Source: an uncultured Hyphomicrobiales bacterium
GTDB lineage: Bacteria; Pseudomonadota; Alphaproteobacteria; Rhizobiales; TMED25
Direction of reading: 5' to 3'
Assembly: GCA_905181735.1 (NCBI GenBank)
Contig: CAJIYR010000004.1
Coordinates: 1,225 to 65,224, forward strand
DNA length: 64,000 nucleotides
Below are positions 1 to 12,021 of the stretch, one piece after another. The notes under the pieces are model-generated. The model was not told where the DNA came from. It searched no databases and saw nothing but the letters and a program-made list of their open reading frames with translations. Made by a program: the position numbers and the translations under genes. Every line of letters begins with the position of its first letter. The first letter of the stretch is position 1.

Positions 1-1
1 T

Positions 2-103
2 TGGATTAATACAACTGTAAACAGAGACACAGAAGAGAAAATTGAAAATCAAATTCTCACTTCAGCACGCAAAATGAGACAAAGAAGTGTTGAAGATAAA
101 TAA
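2..103 (+). CDS. 3' end of DUF3576-like conserved alphaproteobacterial protein (partial)
   Basis: Frame from position 2 reads WINTTVNRDTEEKIENQILTSARKMRQRSVEDK* (TAA 101-103). It resembles the ENAILTRARQLR C-terminus of the protein usually found upstream of leuS. Confidence 0.6.
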   Translation, partial: WINTTVNRDTEEKIENQILTSARKMRQRSVEDK

Positions 104-131
104 TAGAAACATCCAAAGACGAGTTGATTAA

Positions 132-2738
132 ATGGAACGGTATAACGCCCAAGAAGAAGAACCTATTTGGCAAAAAAAATGGTTAGATAAAGGTATTTTT
201 AAAGCAGAAGAAAATACCAATAAATCAAAATATTATGTTTTAGAAATGTTTCCTTATCCCTCTGGTAAAATTCATATGGGGCATGTGAGAAACTACACGA
301 TGGGAGACGTAATAGCCCGCTACAAAAGAGCATCCGGTTTTAATGTATTGCACCCGATGGGATGGGATGCCTTCGGGATGCCTGCAGAGAATGCAGCAAT
401 GCAGAGAAATACCCATCCTGCGATATGGACTTATGAAAATATTAAAAATATGCGCAGTCAACTTAAGTTGCTTGGTCTGTCAATAGATTGGGATCGAGAA
501 ATAGCAACCTGTGATCCAAAATATTATGTCCATGAACAAAAACTTTTTCTGGATTTTTTAAAAAAAGATTTAGTGATTAGAAAAAACTCTAAAGTCAATT
601 GGGATCCTGTAGACAAAACTGTGCTAGCAAACGAACAAGTGATAGATGGTTTAGGCTGGCGATCAGGAGCTCCCGTTGAAACCAAAGAATTAACGCAATG
701 GTTTTTTAATATTACTAAATTTGCCGATGATCTGTTGTTAAAATTAGACGACTTAAAAAGATGGCCAGATAAAGTAAAAGTCATGCAAGATCGATGGATT
801 GGAAAATCCACCGGTGTGAAATTACATTTTGAAATAAATCAAAAAACACAAAACATCCCTAACAAAACGATTGAGGTATTTACAACCAGACCCGATACAT
901 TGTTTGGTGCAAGTTTTTGCGCTATAGCCCCTGACCATCCAATTGCTAGTATTTTATCTAAAGAGAACCCGGAGATAAAAAAATTCATAAGCACATGCCA
1001 GAAACAAGGCACAACGCTTGCGAATATTTCTAAAGCTGAAAAGATTGGTTGCAAAACAGGGATAACCGTTAACCATCCATTTATTAAAGACAAAGAATTG
1101 GATGTCTATATAGCAAACTTTGTTCTCATGGAATATGGAACAGGCGCGGTATTTGGTTGTCCGGCTCATGATCAGAGAGACCTTGATTTTGCTAACAAGT
1201 ATCAATTAGAAGTTATACCTGTTGTGTTGCCTTCAAATCAAGATCCAAAGAATTATAAGATTGTTGACGAAGCTTTTACCGGCGAAGGGATAATAATAAA
1301 TTCTGATTTTCTTAATAACCTAAATATTGAAGATGCAAAAAACTTAGCAGCAGACACCCTTGAAAAAATACAAATAAACGGACGCGCTCAGGGTGAGAAA
1401 ACTATCACCTTTAGACTTAGGGATTGGGGAATTTCAAGACAAAGATATTGGGGTTGTCCAATTCCAATTATACATTGTAAAAAATGTGGGGTTGTGGAGG
1501 TGCCAAAAAAAGATCTTCCCGTTACCTTGCCTGATGATGTGAACTTCGATGTCCCAGGAAACCCGCTCGATAGACATGCCACATGGAAACATACCAGTTG
1601 TCCAAAATGCCACAATCCCGCAGAACGAGAAACCGATACATTCGATACATTTGTCGATTCCTCTTGGTATTATGCTAGATTCTGTTCACCGGACTCTGAA
1701 GAAATATTAGATGCAAAAGCTGTAGATTACTGGCTACCCGTTGACCAATATATTGGCGGTGTTGAACATGCAATTTTACATTTATTATATTCACGTTTTT
1801 TTATGAGAAGCATGAAAATAACCGGCCATGTAAAAATAGAAGAACCGTTCGATGGATTATTTACACAAGGAATGGTAACCCACGAAACCTATAAAAATAA
1901 AAAAGGTGAGTGGCTATTCCCGGAAGAAGTGATAATTGAAGGTAGTAGCGCAAAACATATTGATACAGGTGAAGAAGTTGTTATCGGCCCCATTGAATCC
2001 ATGTCAAAATCTAAAAAAAATATAATAGATCCAAATGCGATCGTTTCTATGTATGGAGCCGATACTGCCAGATGGTTTATTTTATCGGATACGCCGCCAG
2101 AAAGAGATATTCAATGGACTGATAACGGTGTAGAAGCTGCCAATAAATTTATTCAAAAAGCTTGGAAAATTATTTATGAAGGGGAAAGAATTTCTTGTCA
2201 AAAAGAAGAAAAAAATCCCGTAGATTTTACTGACGAATCTTTACACATCAGAAAAACCACGCATAAGATAATATCCGACATAACAGAGGCCCTAGATAAT
2301 CTAAGGTTTAACAGAGCAGTTGCATATATTTATGAATTTAGCAATTATCTCACAACAACGCTTGCTGATAATCCAAAGAACATTGATAAAAGCATTGCGT
2401 GGGCTATTAGAGAAAGCCTAGAAGCCTATTGTAAGCTTTTTGGTCCAATGGCTCCTCATCTAGCAGAATCTTGCTGGAATCATCTTGGCTACACTAGCCT
2501 TCTTGCCGAACAACCTTGGCCAACCTGTGATAAAAATCTTATTACCAAAGAAACTGCAATAATTATAATACAAGTCAATGGTAAGAAACGGGGGGAAATA
2601 GAAATATTAATTGATACCAAACAAAAAGATGTTGAACAAAAAGCATTTAATGTAGAGAATGTCATTAAAGCAATCAACGATAGCGCAATTAAAAAAGTTA
2701 TTTATGTACCAGGAAAGATTTTAAATGTCGTGGTTTAA
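132..2738 (+). CDS. leuS: leucine--tRNA ligase
   Basis: MFPYPSG-HMGH (HIGH) motif, FTTRPDT editing domain, SMSKS (KMSKS) motif, QVNGKKR C-terminus. Confidence 0.98.
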   Translation: MERYNAQEEEPIWQKKWLDKGIFKAEENTNKSKYYVLEMFPYPSGKIHMGHVRNYTMGDVIARYKRASGFNVLHPMGWDAFGMPAENAAMQRNTHPAIWTYENIKNMRSQLKLLGLSIDWDREIATCDPKYYVHEQKLFLDFLKKDLVIRKNSKVNWDPVDKTVLANEQVIDGLGWRSGAPVETKELTQWFFNITKFADDLLLKLDDLKRWPDKVKVMQDRWIGKSTGVKLHFEINQKTQNIPNKTIEVFTTRPDTLFGASFCAIAPDHPIASILSKENPEIKKFISTCQKQGTTLANISKAEKIGCKTGITVNHPFIKDKELDVYIANFVLMEYGTGAVFGCPAHDQRDLDFANKYQLEVIPVVLPSNQDPKNYKIVDEAFTGEGIIINSDFLNNLNIEDAKNLAADTLEKIQINGRAQGEKTITFRLRDWGISRQRYWGCPIPIIHCKKCGVVEVPKKDLPVTLPDDVNFDVPGNPLDRHATWKHTSCPKCHNPAERETDTFDTFVDSSWYYARFCSPDSEEILDAKAVDYWLPVDQYIGGVEHAILHLLYSRFFMRSMKITGHVKIEEPFDGLFTQGMVTHETYKNKKGEWLFPEEVIIEGSSAKHIDTGEEVVIGPIESMSKSKKNIIDPNAIVSMYGADTARWFILSDTPPERDIQWTDNGVEAANKFIQKAWKIIYEGERISCQKEEKNPVDFTDESLHIRKTTHKIISDITEALDNLRFNRAVAYIYEFSNYLTTTLADNPKNIDKSIAWAIRESLEAYCKLFGPMAPHLAESCWNHLGYTSLLAEQPWPTCDKNLITKETAIIIIQVNGKKRGEIEILIDTKQKDVEQKAFNVENVIKAINDSAIKKVIYVPGKILNVVV

Positions 2739-3231
2739 TAAAAATACAAATATCGCATTAACTCTGGTTCTTCTTTTTTCATCCGGGTGTTCTTTTACGC
2801 CTCTGTATAGTAGCTATGGAAATAACATCAATAAAACAGAGATAAAAGATATATATATACCCCCTGCAGATAGTCGAATGGATCAAATTATCAGAAATGA
2901 ATTAATAGGATTTATTCAAGGAGATGTTAATAACACAAATAGTAAATTGCATTTAAATTTTCAAACAAGCTTTGATAAAAAAGCTTTGTTTTTAAGTTCT
3001 AAAGGTAAAGCAACCCATTCTCAAATTACAATTACAGTAGATTATCAAATATTTGAAGTCGGGGAGTTCAAAGAAGTTCTATATTCTAATAAAATTATAG
3101 TTATTGATAGCTTTGCTAACTGGCAATCAGAATTTAATAACTCCCGGTCAGAAATAAAAACAAACAACATTATTGCAAAAGAGATAGCAAAAAAAATTAG
3201 TAACCAAATAAATCTCCATTTTATTAAATAA
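2725..3231 (+). CDS. lptE: LPS assembly lipoprotein LptE-like
   Basis: Lipobox SSGC followed by SFTPLY; lies between leuS and holA. Confidence 0.75.
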   Translation: MSWFNKNTNIALTLVLLFSSGCSFTPLYSSYGNNINKTEIKDIYIPPADSRMDQIIRNELIGFIQGDVNNTNSKLHLNFQTSFDKKALFLSSKGKATHSQITITVDYQIFEVGEFKEVLYSNKIIVIDSFANWQSEFNNSRSEIKTNNIIAKEIAKKISNQINLHFIK

Positions 3232-3251
3232 AAAATATACAGGATAATTCG

Positions 3252-4274
3252 TTGGTAGCGCTAAAAAATCAACAAATAGAAGTTTTCTTAAACAACCCTG
3301 ATGAGAGCGTAAAGGCTATTCTTCTATATGGTTCGGATAGAGGACTTATTCTCGAAAGATCAAAAGCGATATTATCAAAATACGCAAAAGATCCTAACGA
3401 TCCTTTTGTTGTATCTAAGTTAGACGATAGAACAATACAGGATAGACCAGAGTCATTGGTCGATGAGTTGTTAAGTATTAATTTCAATAATTCTAGAAAG
3501 GTTGTTTACCTTAATATTGATAATCCTCTACCAGCTAAATTAATAAAGGATATTTTTGATATATCTTATGATTCAATTTTAATTATAACTACAAACGAAC
3601 TAAAGCCAGTATCACCACTTCGAAAAGCATTTGAAAAAAATACGGATACAGTAACTATTCCTTGTTATTTAAACGCAGAATTTAAAATATCTCAAATTAT
3701 AGAGAAAAAATTATCACAATATAGTAATAAAATTTCAAGAGACGCAAAAGACCTGCTTGTTAGTTTATTGGGAAACGATCACCAGGGGACTTTGAATGAG
3801 ATTGATAAACTTTGCACATTGGTTGGAGAAAATAATGAGATAACCATATCAGATGTTAAAAAAACTATTTACGATTCATCCCAATCAAATGTTGATGAAT
3901 TAGTTGATATAATTTTTGAAAAAAAAATAAAGCTAATCAATAACTTTTATAACAAATCTCTTGAGAACAATATAACCGCAATACAGATTCTGATGTCAAC
4001 CCAAAGACATGCTATAAAACTATTGCAACTCTTTAATATTGTTAATATTGAAAAAAAATCAGTTTCACAGGCTGTATCTGAATATAAGCCGGTTATTTTC
4101 TTTCAAAGAAGAGACAGTGTTATCAAGCAAATGAATAAATGGAGCCAGAACTCTGTCATGAAAACAATTAAGATACTCTCAGAAACAGAGGAAGACTCAA
4201 GGAATTTTCCCACTTTATCTGATATCATTATTGAAAGAGGTCTTATGAAGATATCAACTCTAAAAAATAAATAA
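3252..4274 (+). CDS. holA: DNA polymerase III subunit delta
   Basis: LLYGSDRGLI, EIDKL and PVIFFQRR motifs; leuS-lptE-holA synteny; TTG start. Confidence 0.9.
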   Translation: MVALKNQQIEVFLNNPDESVKAILLYGSDRGLILERSKAILSKYAKDPNDPFVVSKLDDRTIQDRPESLVDELLSINFNNSRKVVYLNIDNPLPAKLIKDIFDISYDSILIITTNELKPVSPLRKAFEKNTDTVTIPCYLNAEFKISQIIEKKLSQYSNKISRDAKDLLVSLLGNDHQGTLNEIDKLCTLVGENNEITISDVKKTIYDSSQSNVDELVDIIFEKKIKLINNFYNKSLENNITAIQILMSTQRHAIKLLQLFNIVNIEKKSVSQAVSEYKPVIFFQRRDSVIKQMNKWSQNSVMKTIKILSETEEDSRNFPTLSDIIIERGLMKISTLKNK

Positions 4275-5207
4275 TTATTTTGCTAGTAATCTTTTTCTTA
4301 TCAAATCTAACTGATCTAAATCTAAATATTTAATAATAATATTTCCCGAATTATTAGAATTATTATTAATTTTTACCTTAAAACCTAATTGAGTTGTGAT
4401 ATCTTTTTCAAAATCTCTAATTTCTATATCATCTTTGCTGTGCGCACTTACATCAATAACTTTTTGTTTATCTGCTTTATTGCTTACAGATGATTTAACC
4501 AGATTTTCTGTCTGTCGTACGCTTAATCCTTTTTTTACAATAAGATCTGCTAAAACTTCTGCGTTCAGAGTCGATAATAAAGCCCGCGCATGCCCCGCTG
4601 TTAATTCACCGGAAGAGAGATATTCAATAACTTTTTCTGGTAAATTCATTAACCTTAAAGTATTCGCTACGTAGCTTCTACTTTTGCCAATAACTTTTGC
4701 TAAATCATCTTGTGTATAAGAAAAGCTATCAATTAAATTTTTATATCCCGTTGCTTCTTCTATTGGCGAGAGATTAGACCTCTGAACATTTTCAATAATT
4801 GCAATTTCTAGTGCATCAACATCTGATAATGTTTTTATAATAACTGGAATTTCATCCAATTGTGCGATTTGCGCGGCTCTCCACCTTCTTTCACCAGCAA
4901 CAACTTCGTATGAATTTTGAGAACCTTGAATACCCCTTACTATAATTGGCTGTAGAATACCCTTTTCCTTGATAGAGTTTGATAAATCAATTAATTCATG
5001 TTCATGGAATACTCTTCTTGGGTTCTGTGTATTCGCTTGAATATACTCTATTGGAATAACATCTATTTCTGTCTTTGTATTGACCTCGTCAATAGTACTA
5101 ATATTTTTAGGTGCATCACCGATTAATGATGCCAACCCTCTACCGAGTCTACTTGAATGATTTTCACTATCATTTATTCTTTTTTTAATATTATCATCAT
5201 TAATCAT
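4275..5207 (-). CDS. parB: chromosome partitioning protein ParB (CTPase)
   Basis: LGRGL ParA-interacting motif, GERRWRA box, ENVQRSNL, HTH GKSRSYVAN. Confidence 0.97.
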   Translation of the reverse strand: MINDDNIKKRINDSENHSSRLGRGLASLIGDAPKNISTIDEVNTKTEIDVIPIEYIQANTQNPRRVFHEHELIDLSNSIKEKGILQPIIVRGIQGSQNSYEVVAGERRWRAAQIAQLDEIPVIIKTLSDVDALEIAIIENVQRSNLSPIEEATGYKNLIDSFSYTQDDLAKVIGKSRSYVANTLRLMNLPEKVIEYLSSGELTAGHARALLSTLNAEVLADLIVKKGLSVRQTENLVKSSVSNKADKQKVIDVSAHSKDDIEIRDFEKDITTQLGFKVKINNNSNNSGNIIIKYLDLDQLDLIRKRLLAK

Positions 5208-5234
5208 AACTTTTTCTTTCTAACAGTTTGAAGG

Positions 5235-6077
5235 TTAATTGCTATATTTCATATCTTTATCTCTATTCAACATCTCGCTTGCAAGTTTAATATAAGCTTT
5301 AGATCCTGAACATTTATGGTCATATATTAATACGGGCTTACCATATGAAGGTGCCTCTGAGACCCTCACATTTCTTGGAATAACTGTCTGGTATACCTTA
5401 TTTTTCATGTATTCTCTCACATCTTTTTCAACTTGACCCGATAAGTTATTCCTATCATCAACCATTGTAAGAACAATACCGTGTATAATCAAAGTATCAT
5501 TAAGAGTTTTTCTTACATGATCAACAGTTTCAAGAAGTTGCCCCAAGCCCTCTAAAGCATAGAATTCGCATTGAAGAGGAACCATTACAGCGTCAGATGC
5601 AGCTAAAGCGTTAATAGTCAGTAGGTTTAATGAAGGAGGGCAATCTATAAATATATAATGATAATTATCCTCTATTTTTATGGTTTCTAATAACATATTT
5701 TGAATTGCTTCTTTAAGTTTAAATGATCTGTTTTCATCGTTTGCTAAAGTAGCTTCAATACCTAATAAATCTAGAGTAGAGGGAACCAAATATAGATTTT
5801 TAACACCAGTTTCAACAGTTGCCTTGTTTACAGACATCCCATCTACTAGAACATCATAGGATGAAAATTCTCTAAATTCTTTATATATACCTAGTCCAGT
5901 TGAAGCGTTACCTTGTGGATCTAAGTCTATGATTAAGACTTTGTATCCTTTTTCTGCCACGGCGCATCCCAAGTTAATTGCAGTTGTAGTTTTTCCTACA
6001 CCACCTTTTTGATTAGCAAATACCATAACCCTTGGCTTATCTGACTTTTTTATTTTTTTACCAATAAAACCAAACAT
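5235..6077 (-). CDS. parA: chromosome partitioning ATPase ParA/Soj
   Basis: Deviant Walker A NQKGGVGKTT, DLDPQGNAS, DCPPSL, IPRNVRVSEAPS. Confidence 0.97.
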   Translation of the reverse strand: MFGFIGKKIKKSDKPRVMVFANQKGGVGKTTTAINLGCAVAEKGYKVLIIDLDPQGNASTGLGIYKEFREFSSYDVLVDGMSVNKATVETGVKNLYLVPSTLDLLGIEATLANDENRSFKLKEAIQNMLLETIKIEDNYHYIFIDCPPSLNLLTINALAASDAVMVPLQCEFYALEGLGQLLETVDHVRKTLNDTLIIHGIVLTMVDDRNNLSGQVEKDVREYMKNKVYQTVIPRNVRVSEAPSYGKPVLIYDHKCSGSKAYIKLASEMLNRDKDMKYSN

Positions 6078-6715
6078 TACTTTGACCTAATTATTAATAT
6101 TGAAGAATCCGCATCAACCTCGCTCGGCTCTATATCTACATCCATATTTAGATATATAGAAGAATTGGTCAATTCTCTTTTTACATCTTTTCCCTTTTGT
6201 AGTAATAAAACAGTTTTTTTCCACATAAAAGGAGAACAGAATTCTATTAGCTTGCTTAAAGGTGCAAGAGCCCTTGCTGTAATAACGTCTGCTTTTAAAG
6301 AATTATCAATACATAAATTTTCAATCCTATCCTCATGTATTATTGTCTCAATGCTACAATGTGCTGAAGCTGTCTGTAAAAAAGCACATTTTTTATGATT
6401 AGACTCAATCAAATGAAAATTAATGGCTGGGTCATTATAATAAATAGCCAATACAAATCCAGGTATTCCCGCCCCAGAACCTAAGTCAATGTAACTTTTC
6501 ATATCTGCGGGCATAAATTTTAATAGTTGTAGTGAATCAGCAATATGCCTACCCCAGATATCTTCAATTGTAGAGGGTCCTATTAAATTAACTTTTGATT
6601 GCCATTTTTGTAATAAATTAACATATATGTCAAATTTATCTAATGTTTCACGTGAAACATTGAAGCGTGTCTCTACTGCATTCCTGTTCCATGTATTCAT
6701 ATATTTAGTATACAA
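6077..6715 (-). CDS. rsmG: 16S rRNA m7G527 methyltransferase
   Basis: RHIADS, DLGSGAGIPG and TARALA motifs; between mnmG and parA. Start is uncertain (TTG 6715 or ATG 6700). Confidence 0.95.
   Translation of the reverse strand: MYTKYMNTWNRNAVETRFNVSRETLDKFDIYVNLLQKWQSKVNLIGPSTIEDIWGRHIADSLQLLKFMPADMKSYIDLGSGAGIPGFVLAIYYNDPAINFHLIESNHKKCAFLQTASAHCSIETIIHEDRIENLCIDNSLKADVITARALAPLSKLIEFCSPFMWKKTVLLLQKGKDVKRELTNSSIYLNMDVDIEPSEVDADSSILIIRSK
6642..6661. promoter_or_regulatory. parS centromere site (ParB loading)
   Basis: Perfect 20-bp palindrome AATGTTTCACGTGAAACATT containing the consensus TGTTTCACGTGAAACA (6644-6659), about 570 bp upstream of parA. Confidence 0.93.
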
Positions 6716-6716
6716 T

Positions 6717-8594
6717 TCATGCTTGTTTAATCTTACGAGTAGATCTCGATTTTAAATGTGCCAATATTGCAAGAATCGTAGCTGGTGTTATTCCTTCCAA
6801 TCTTGCTGCTTGTCCTATTGAAGCCGGTTTAAATTTCATTAACTTCTCACATGCTTCGTTTGGTAAACCATTAATATCCTTATAATTAATATTATCCGGT
6901 ATTAACAAAGACTCATCTTTTTTAAAAGACATAATATCAGCATCTTGCCTGTCAAGATATCCTGAGTACAAAGCATCTGCCTCTAACTGCTCTGCAATAT
7001 CTTTTTTAATATCATTTAATTCAGGCCATATCTTTGATAATACTGTCATATCTATTTCGGAATAAGACAAGAGGTCAAGAACATTTCTTTTAATCCCGTC
7101 TTGGTTAATTTTCAAGCCGTAGGATGTTGCCTTCGATGGGGTTATAATTAAGCTTTTAGCTAAGTTTCTAGCATTTTCTAAGTTATTCATCTTTTCGTTA
7201 AAGAAGTCTTTTCTATTTTTGTCTACACAACCTAGCTTAATTCCCAGAGGGGTTAATCTTTGATCAGCGTTATCAGAACGGAGTGTTAGCCTGTATTCAG
7301 CTCTTGATGTAAACATTCTATATGGCTCTGTAACGCCTTTTGTTATCAAGTCATCTATCATAACACCTATATATGCATCCGATCTATCCAATATAAACGC
7401 ATTACTAGTAGACGCTTTGTTTGCTGCATTAATCCCGGCTATCAAACCTTGAGCTGCTGCCTCCTCATATCCTGTAGTTCCATTTATTTGACCAGCCAGA
7501 AACAAATTTCTTAATTTTTTGGTTTCCAAAGTAATAGTTAACTCTCTTGGATCCACATAATCATATTCAATTGCATATCCAGGCCTTTGTATAATTGCAC
7601 GTTCTAATCCAGGGATAGTTGCAATAATTTGCTTTTGCACCTCTTCAGATAAAGATGTTGAAATACCATTTGGATAGACTGTATTAGAGTTCAATCCTTC
7701 CGGTTCTAGAAATATCTGATGGCCATCCCTTTCACCAAATCGTACAACCTTATCTTCTATAGAAGGACAGTATCTTGGGCCTTTTGAATCTATTTGCCCA
7801 GAATATATCGGTGCGTCTGTTAAATTATCTAAAATAATTTTATGAGTTTCTGTTGTAGTTCTTGTTATATAACAAGAAACTTGATCAATATTTACTTTAT
7901 TAGATAAAAATGACATAAACGTTTTGTCTTCATCTCCTTTTTGCTCTTCAAGCTCTTTCCAATTTATTGAATCAGAATCTATTCTAGGAGGGGTTCCTGT
8001 TTTTAGCCTACCGAGGTTAAACCCAATTTCTCTAAATCTTTTCGAAAGGTGTAAATCAGGTGAATCACCAACTCGTCCTGCTGGGTACTTTATTTTACCA
8101 ATATGAATTAATCCATTCAGAAAAGTTCCTGTTGTTATTATAGTAGAAACAGAACTAATCTGAGAACCGTTAGAAATAATTATACCTTTGCATGTTTCGT
8201 TTTCAACAATGAGGTCAACACAGGTGTCTGAAATGATATCAAGATTATTATAATTATTTAATTTATCTTGCATTTCTTTTTTATACACATCTCTATCTGC
8301 CTGAATTCTCGGAGCTCTGACCGCTGGGCCTTTCCTTCGATTAAGAAGCCTGTATTGTATAGCAGCTTTATCAGCAATTACCCCTATAACACCATCTAAT
8401 GCATCTATTTCACGCACTAAATGACTTTTACCCAGCCCTCCTATTGCTGGATTGCAAGACATAACACCAATCGTATCAAATTTATGAGTAACCAAAAGAG
8501 TTGAAGCACCAACGCGAGCAGAAGCGGCTGCAGCTTCACAACCCGCATGACCTCCGCCGACAACTATTACGTCATATTTTTTGTTATTATGCAT
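6717..8594 (-). CDS. mnmG: tRNA uridine-5-carboxymethylaminomethyl modification enzyme GidA
   Basis: [46 protein letters not shown]. Confidence 0.98.
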   Translation of the reverse strand: MHNNKKYDVIVVGGGHAGCEAAAASARVGASTLLVTHKFDTIGVMSCNPAIGGLGKSHLVREIDALDGVIGVIADKAAIQYRLLNRRKGPAVRAPRIQADRDVYKKEMQDKLNNYNNLDIISDTCVDLIVENETCKGIIISNGSQISSVSTIITTGTFLNGLIHIGKIKYPAGRVGDSPDLHLSKRFREIGFNLGRLKTGTPPRIDSDSINWKELEEQKGDEDKTFMSFLSNKVNIDQVSCYITRTTTETHKIILDNLTDAPIYSGQIDSKGPRYCPSIEDKVVRFGERDGHQIFLEPEGLNSNTVYPNGISTSLSEEVQKQIIATIPGLERAIIQRPGYAIEYDYVDPRELTITLETKKLRNLFLAGQINGTTGYEEAAAQGLIAGINAANKASTSNAFILDRSDAYIGVMIDDLITKGVTEPYRMFTSRAEYRLTLRSDNADQRLTPLGIKLGCVDKNRKDFFNEKMNNLENARNLAKSLIITPSKATSYGLKINQDGIKRNVLDLLSYSEIDMTVLSKIWPELNDIKKDIAEQLEADALYSGYLDRQDADIMSFKKDESLLIPDNINYKDINGLPNEACEKLMKFKPASIGQAARLEGITPATILAILAHLKSRSTRKIKQA

Positions 8595-8641
8595 TTTTAT
8601 TTTTCAATATCTTATATATGATTGGTATAACTATTTTCATT

Positions 8642-9961
8642 TTATTTGCCAATACAAAAATCAGAAAATATTACTTCTAATAAATCTTCAACATCAACTC
8701 TACCTGTTATTTTTCCCAGCACGTTGCATGCGCTTCTCAATTCTTCAGCAATTATCTCAATATTATCAAGATCTATCTGTAGAGCATTTGTTAATGAATT
8801 ACTTATTTTAATTAAAGAATCCCTATGCCTAGCCCGAGTAATAAAGGAATCTTCCGTTGCACAACCGTTTAAAGCATTTTTACCAATTAAATCAATGAGA
8901 TCTTCGATACCAGTGTTATTATGAACCGATATAAATGGTTGATTTCTTTCTACTACAGTTATATCAGATTTAGTCCAAACTTCTATAATATTATTATCAG
9001 AACTATATGGGTACGCTATGTTTTCTTTTAAACTTGAATCCTTTAACCATAACACCAAATCTGATTCAGCTATTCTAGACTTCGCTCTATCAATTCCCTG
9101 TTGTTCAATATTAGAATCGCTGTCTCTTATACCTGCTGTATCACTTATTATAACAGGACAACCATTTATATCCAAATAAACATCAATAATATCTCTTGTC
9201 GTGCCTGGCTCTGAAGAGACGATTGCAACATCTCTATTAGACAACAAGTTCAATAAGCTAGATTTTCCTGTATTAGGAGCTCCCGCTAGAACCACCCTAT
9301 ACCCATCTCTTAATCTTTCCCCTTTTTTTCCATCAGATAGATGTTTATTTATCTGATCTAACGTAACACTTACAAAGAGCATTTCTTTTTCTAATATATT
9401 TTTAGGCAAATCTTCCTCGATAAAATCTATGTTTGCTTCTATGTAAGATAAACTCTTAATTAGCATTGTTCTCCAGTTGTCATATAATTTAAAGAGTGAT
9501 CCTTCCATCTGCGCAAGAGCTTGCTTCCTTTGTAATTCTGTATCAGCATTAATTAAATCCGCTAACCCTTCAACAGAAGTAAGGTCAAGCTTTCCGTTCA
9601 TAAAAGATCTTTTTGTAAATTCACCAGGTTCAGCGAAACTTAACCCATTTAATCTAGCTAGTATATCGAATATTTTATCAATAACAGCTCTGCCGCCATG
9701 CACAAATAGTTCAACAGTATCCTCTCCCGTAAAACTATTTGGTCCAGGAAACCAGATTGCAATTGCCTTATCAACAATCTCACCATTATCAGGATCAACC
9801 AATTTTGTAATCTTTGCAACTCTAGGATAACTTGTTGTTCCACCTAGTTTATTTATAACTTCTGATGACTTATTACCAGAAATTCTAATAACCGAAACGC
9901 CCGCCTTTCCTTCGGCGCTCGATAGCGCGTATATTGTTGAATTATAATTTTCCTTCTGCAT
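8642..9961 (-). CDS. mnmE: tRNA modification GTPase TrmE
   Basis: SFTGED, GAPNTGKSS, GTTRD, DTAGIR and C-terminal FCIGK. Confidence 0.98.
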   Translation of the reverse strand: MQKENYNSTIYALSSAEGKAGVSVIRISGNKSSEVINKLGGTTSYPRVAKITKLVDPDNGEIVDKAIAIWFPGPNSFTGEDTVELFVHGGRAVIDKIFDILARLNGLSFAEPGEFTKRSFMNGKLDLTSVEGLADLINADTELQRKQALAQMEGSLFKLYDNWRTMLIKSLSYIEANIDFIEEDLPKNILEKEMLFVSVTLDQINKHLSDGKKGERLRDGYRVVLAGAPNTGKSSLLNLLSNRDVAIVSSEPGTTRDIIDVYLDINGCPVIISDTAGIRDSDSNIEQQGIDRAKSRIAESDLVLWLKDSSLKENIAYPYSSDNNIIEVWTKSDITVVERNQPFISVHNNTGIEDLIDLIGKNALNGCATEDSFITRARHRDSLIKISNSLTNALQIDLDNIEIIAEELRSACNVLGKITGRVDVEDLLEVIFSDFCIGK

Positions 9962-9989
9962 AACGAATAACTCTGATAATAAATACTGA

Positions 9990-11990
9990 ATGAATCATTT
10001 TTCTAAAAATAAAAATAATCTCGTCAACACGCTTAGCCCTTACTTAAAACAACACAGTAATAATCCTGTAAACTGGTTTCCATGGGTAGATGAAGCATTT
10101 AATATAGCACAAAAACACGATATTCCAATTTTATTATCAATAGGATACTCATCCTGTCATTGGTGCCATGTTATGGCCCATGAATCCTTTGAAGACCAAG
10201 AAATAGCGAACATAATGAACAACCTTTATGTTAACATCAAGGTTGATAGAGAAGAAAGACCTGATATTGACAGTGTGTACATGTCAGCGCTTCATTCTAT
10301 GGGCGAACAAGGTGGATGGCCTCTAACAATGTTTCTGACACCAGAAGGAGAACCGTTTTGGGGAGGCACTTATTTTCCTCCAATACCTAAATATGGAAGA
10401 CCGTCATTCCCATCTGTTCTAAAAGAAATATCATATATCTATCACAATGAAAAAAATAAAGTGATGACGAATGCTAATGCAATAAAAAAACATATATCTT
10501 CTCTTGAGCTTAAAAAAGAACAAAAAATAGAAAATAAATTTAATAAAACACACTATGATACGGCATTCATAAGCATAACCGAACAATTGGATTATAAATA
10601 CGGTGGTCTTAGTGGATCACAAAAATTTCCTAATGTTGAAATACTTAAATTAATTCAAAGTAATGCTATTTCAACAAATAATAAAAAATTATTAAATTTT
10701 ATTGATCTAACTTTAAAAAATATATGCCAAGGTGGTATATACGATCACTTAGAGGGAGGTTTCTCAAGATATACCGTTGATGAAAAATGGCTAATTCCAC
10801 ATTTTGAAAAAATGTTATATGACAATGCGCAAATTATTGAAATCCTCTCATATGCATGGCAATTTGATAAAAAAAATCTTTATCAAGAAAAAATATACCA
10901 AACAATAAAATGGATGACAAGTGACCTTTATAGAAAGGACGGAGGATTCTACTCAAGTATTGACGCTGACTCGGAGGGCGTTGAAGGTAAATATTATATT
11001 TGGAATTCAAGGGAACTAGAAAATATTCTAGGTGAGGAATATGAATTTTTTAAAAAAATTTATAATATAAGTAAAGAAGGAAACTGGGAAGGGTCAAATA
11101 TATTAAACAGATTAGATGAAACGAGCATAATCTCAAAAAAAGAAGAAATAAAACTTAAAAAAATTGAAGAAAAATTATTACAGGTACGAAAAGAAAGAAT
11201 AAAACCTCAAATTGATAATAAAATACTCGTTGATTGGAATGGTTTAACTATAAACAGTTTAGCAATTGCAAGTATGATATTTAAAGAAAAAAAATGGCTT
11301 TTGATGGCACAGAAAACATACAATCTAATAACAGATAATATGTCACACAATTACCGCCTTAAACATGTCATATCAGAAGATACTGTTTATAATGCATTTG
11401 CTTCGGACTATGGTCATATGTGCAATGCCGCAATAACCTTGTATGAAATAACAAATGAAATAAAGTATCTTAACCATGCCAAGGAATGGATAAAAATACT
11501 CAATGAGGATTTTGTTCATAAAGATGGTGCTTATTACTTATCGTCAAAAAATAATGATTTAATTATAAGGCCTTACACAGAAAACGATGAAGCTATACCA
11601 AATTATAATTCTACAATTGTGCGTTCGATGATAAAATTATCCTATATAATAAAAGACAACAGCTATCTAAAAAAATCTGAAAATATAATTCATTCAAATA
11701 TTAAAAATATAACTAAAAATCCTTATTACCACGCATCGTTCTTGAATAATTTTTATTTAATAGAAAATAACATGACATTAACGTTTCATATTATTAATGA
11801 AAAAAAAGAGTTATTGGATAATTCTTGGACGAACTATTCCTTTAATACCATAAGAACTTCAGAAAAAACCGTACGTATTATAGGTATAGAAAATGATAAA
11901 ACGTATGCTATAGTATGTAATAACAACAATTGCTCATTACCCATAGATAACAACATCAAATTGGATGATGAGATTAAAAAAAAATACTAA
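9990..11990 (+). CDS. thioredoxin domain-containing protein, YyaL/SPATA20 family
   Basis: SPYLKQH..NPVNW, SIGYSSCHWCHVMAHESFED, VDREERPD, PHFEKMLYDNAQ, DADSEGVEG. Confidence 0.9.
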   Translation: MNHFSKNKNNLVNTLSPYLKQHSNNPVNWFPWVDEAFNIAQKHDIPILLSIGYSSCHWCHVMAHESFEDQEIANIMNNLYVNIKVDREERPDIDSVYMSALHSMGEQGGWPLTMFLTPEGEPFWGGTYFPPIPKYGRPSFPSVLKEISYIYHNEKNKVMTNANAIKKHISSLELKKEQKIENKFNKTHYDTAFISITEQLDYKYGGLSGSQKFPNVEILKLIQSNAISTNNKKLLNFIDLTLKNICQGGIYDHLEGGFSRYTVDEKWLIPHFEKMLYDNAQIIEILSYAWQFDKKNLYQEKIYQTIKWMTSDLYRKDGGFYSSIDADSEGVEGKYYIWNSRELENILGEEYEFFKKIYNISKEGNWEGSNILNRLDETSIISKKEEIKLKKIEEKLLQVRKERIKPQIDNKILVDWNGLTINSLAIASMIFKEKKWLLMAQKTYNLITDNMSHNYRLKHVISEDTVYNAFASDYGHMCNAAITLYEITNEIKYLNHAKEWIKILNEDFVHKDGAYYLSSKNNDLIIRPYTENDEAIPNYNSTIVRSMIKLSYIIKDNSYLKKSENIIHSNIKNITKNPYYHASFLNNFYLIENNMTLTFHIINEKKELLDNSWTNYSFNTIRTSEKTVRIIGIENDKTYAIVCNNNNCSLPIDNNIKLDDEIKKKY

Positions 11991-12021
11991 AGAATTAATA
12001 ATACATAAAAATGAGATGAAA

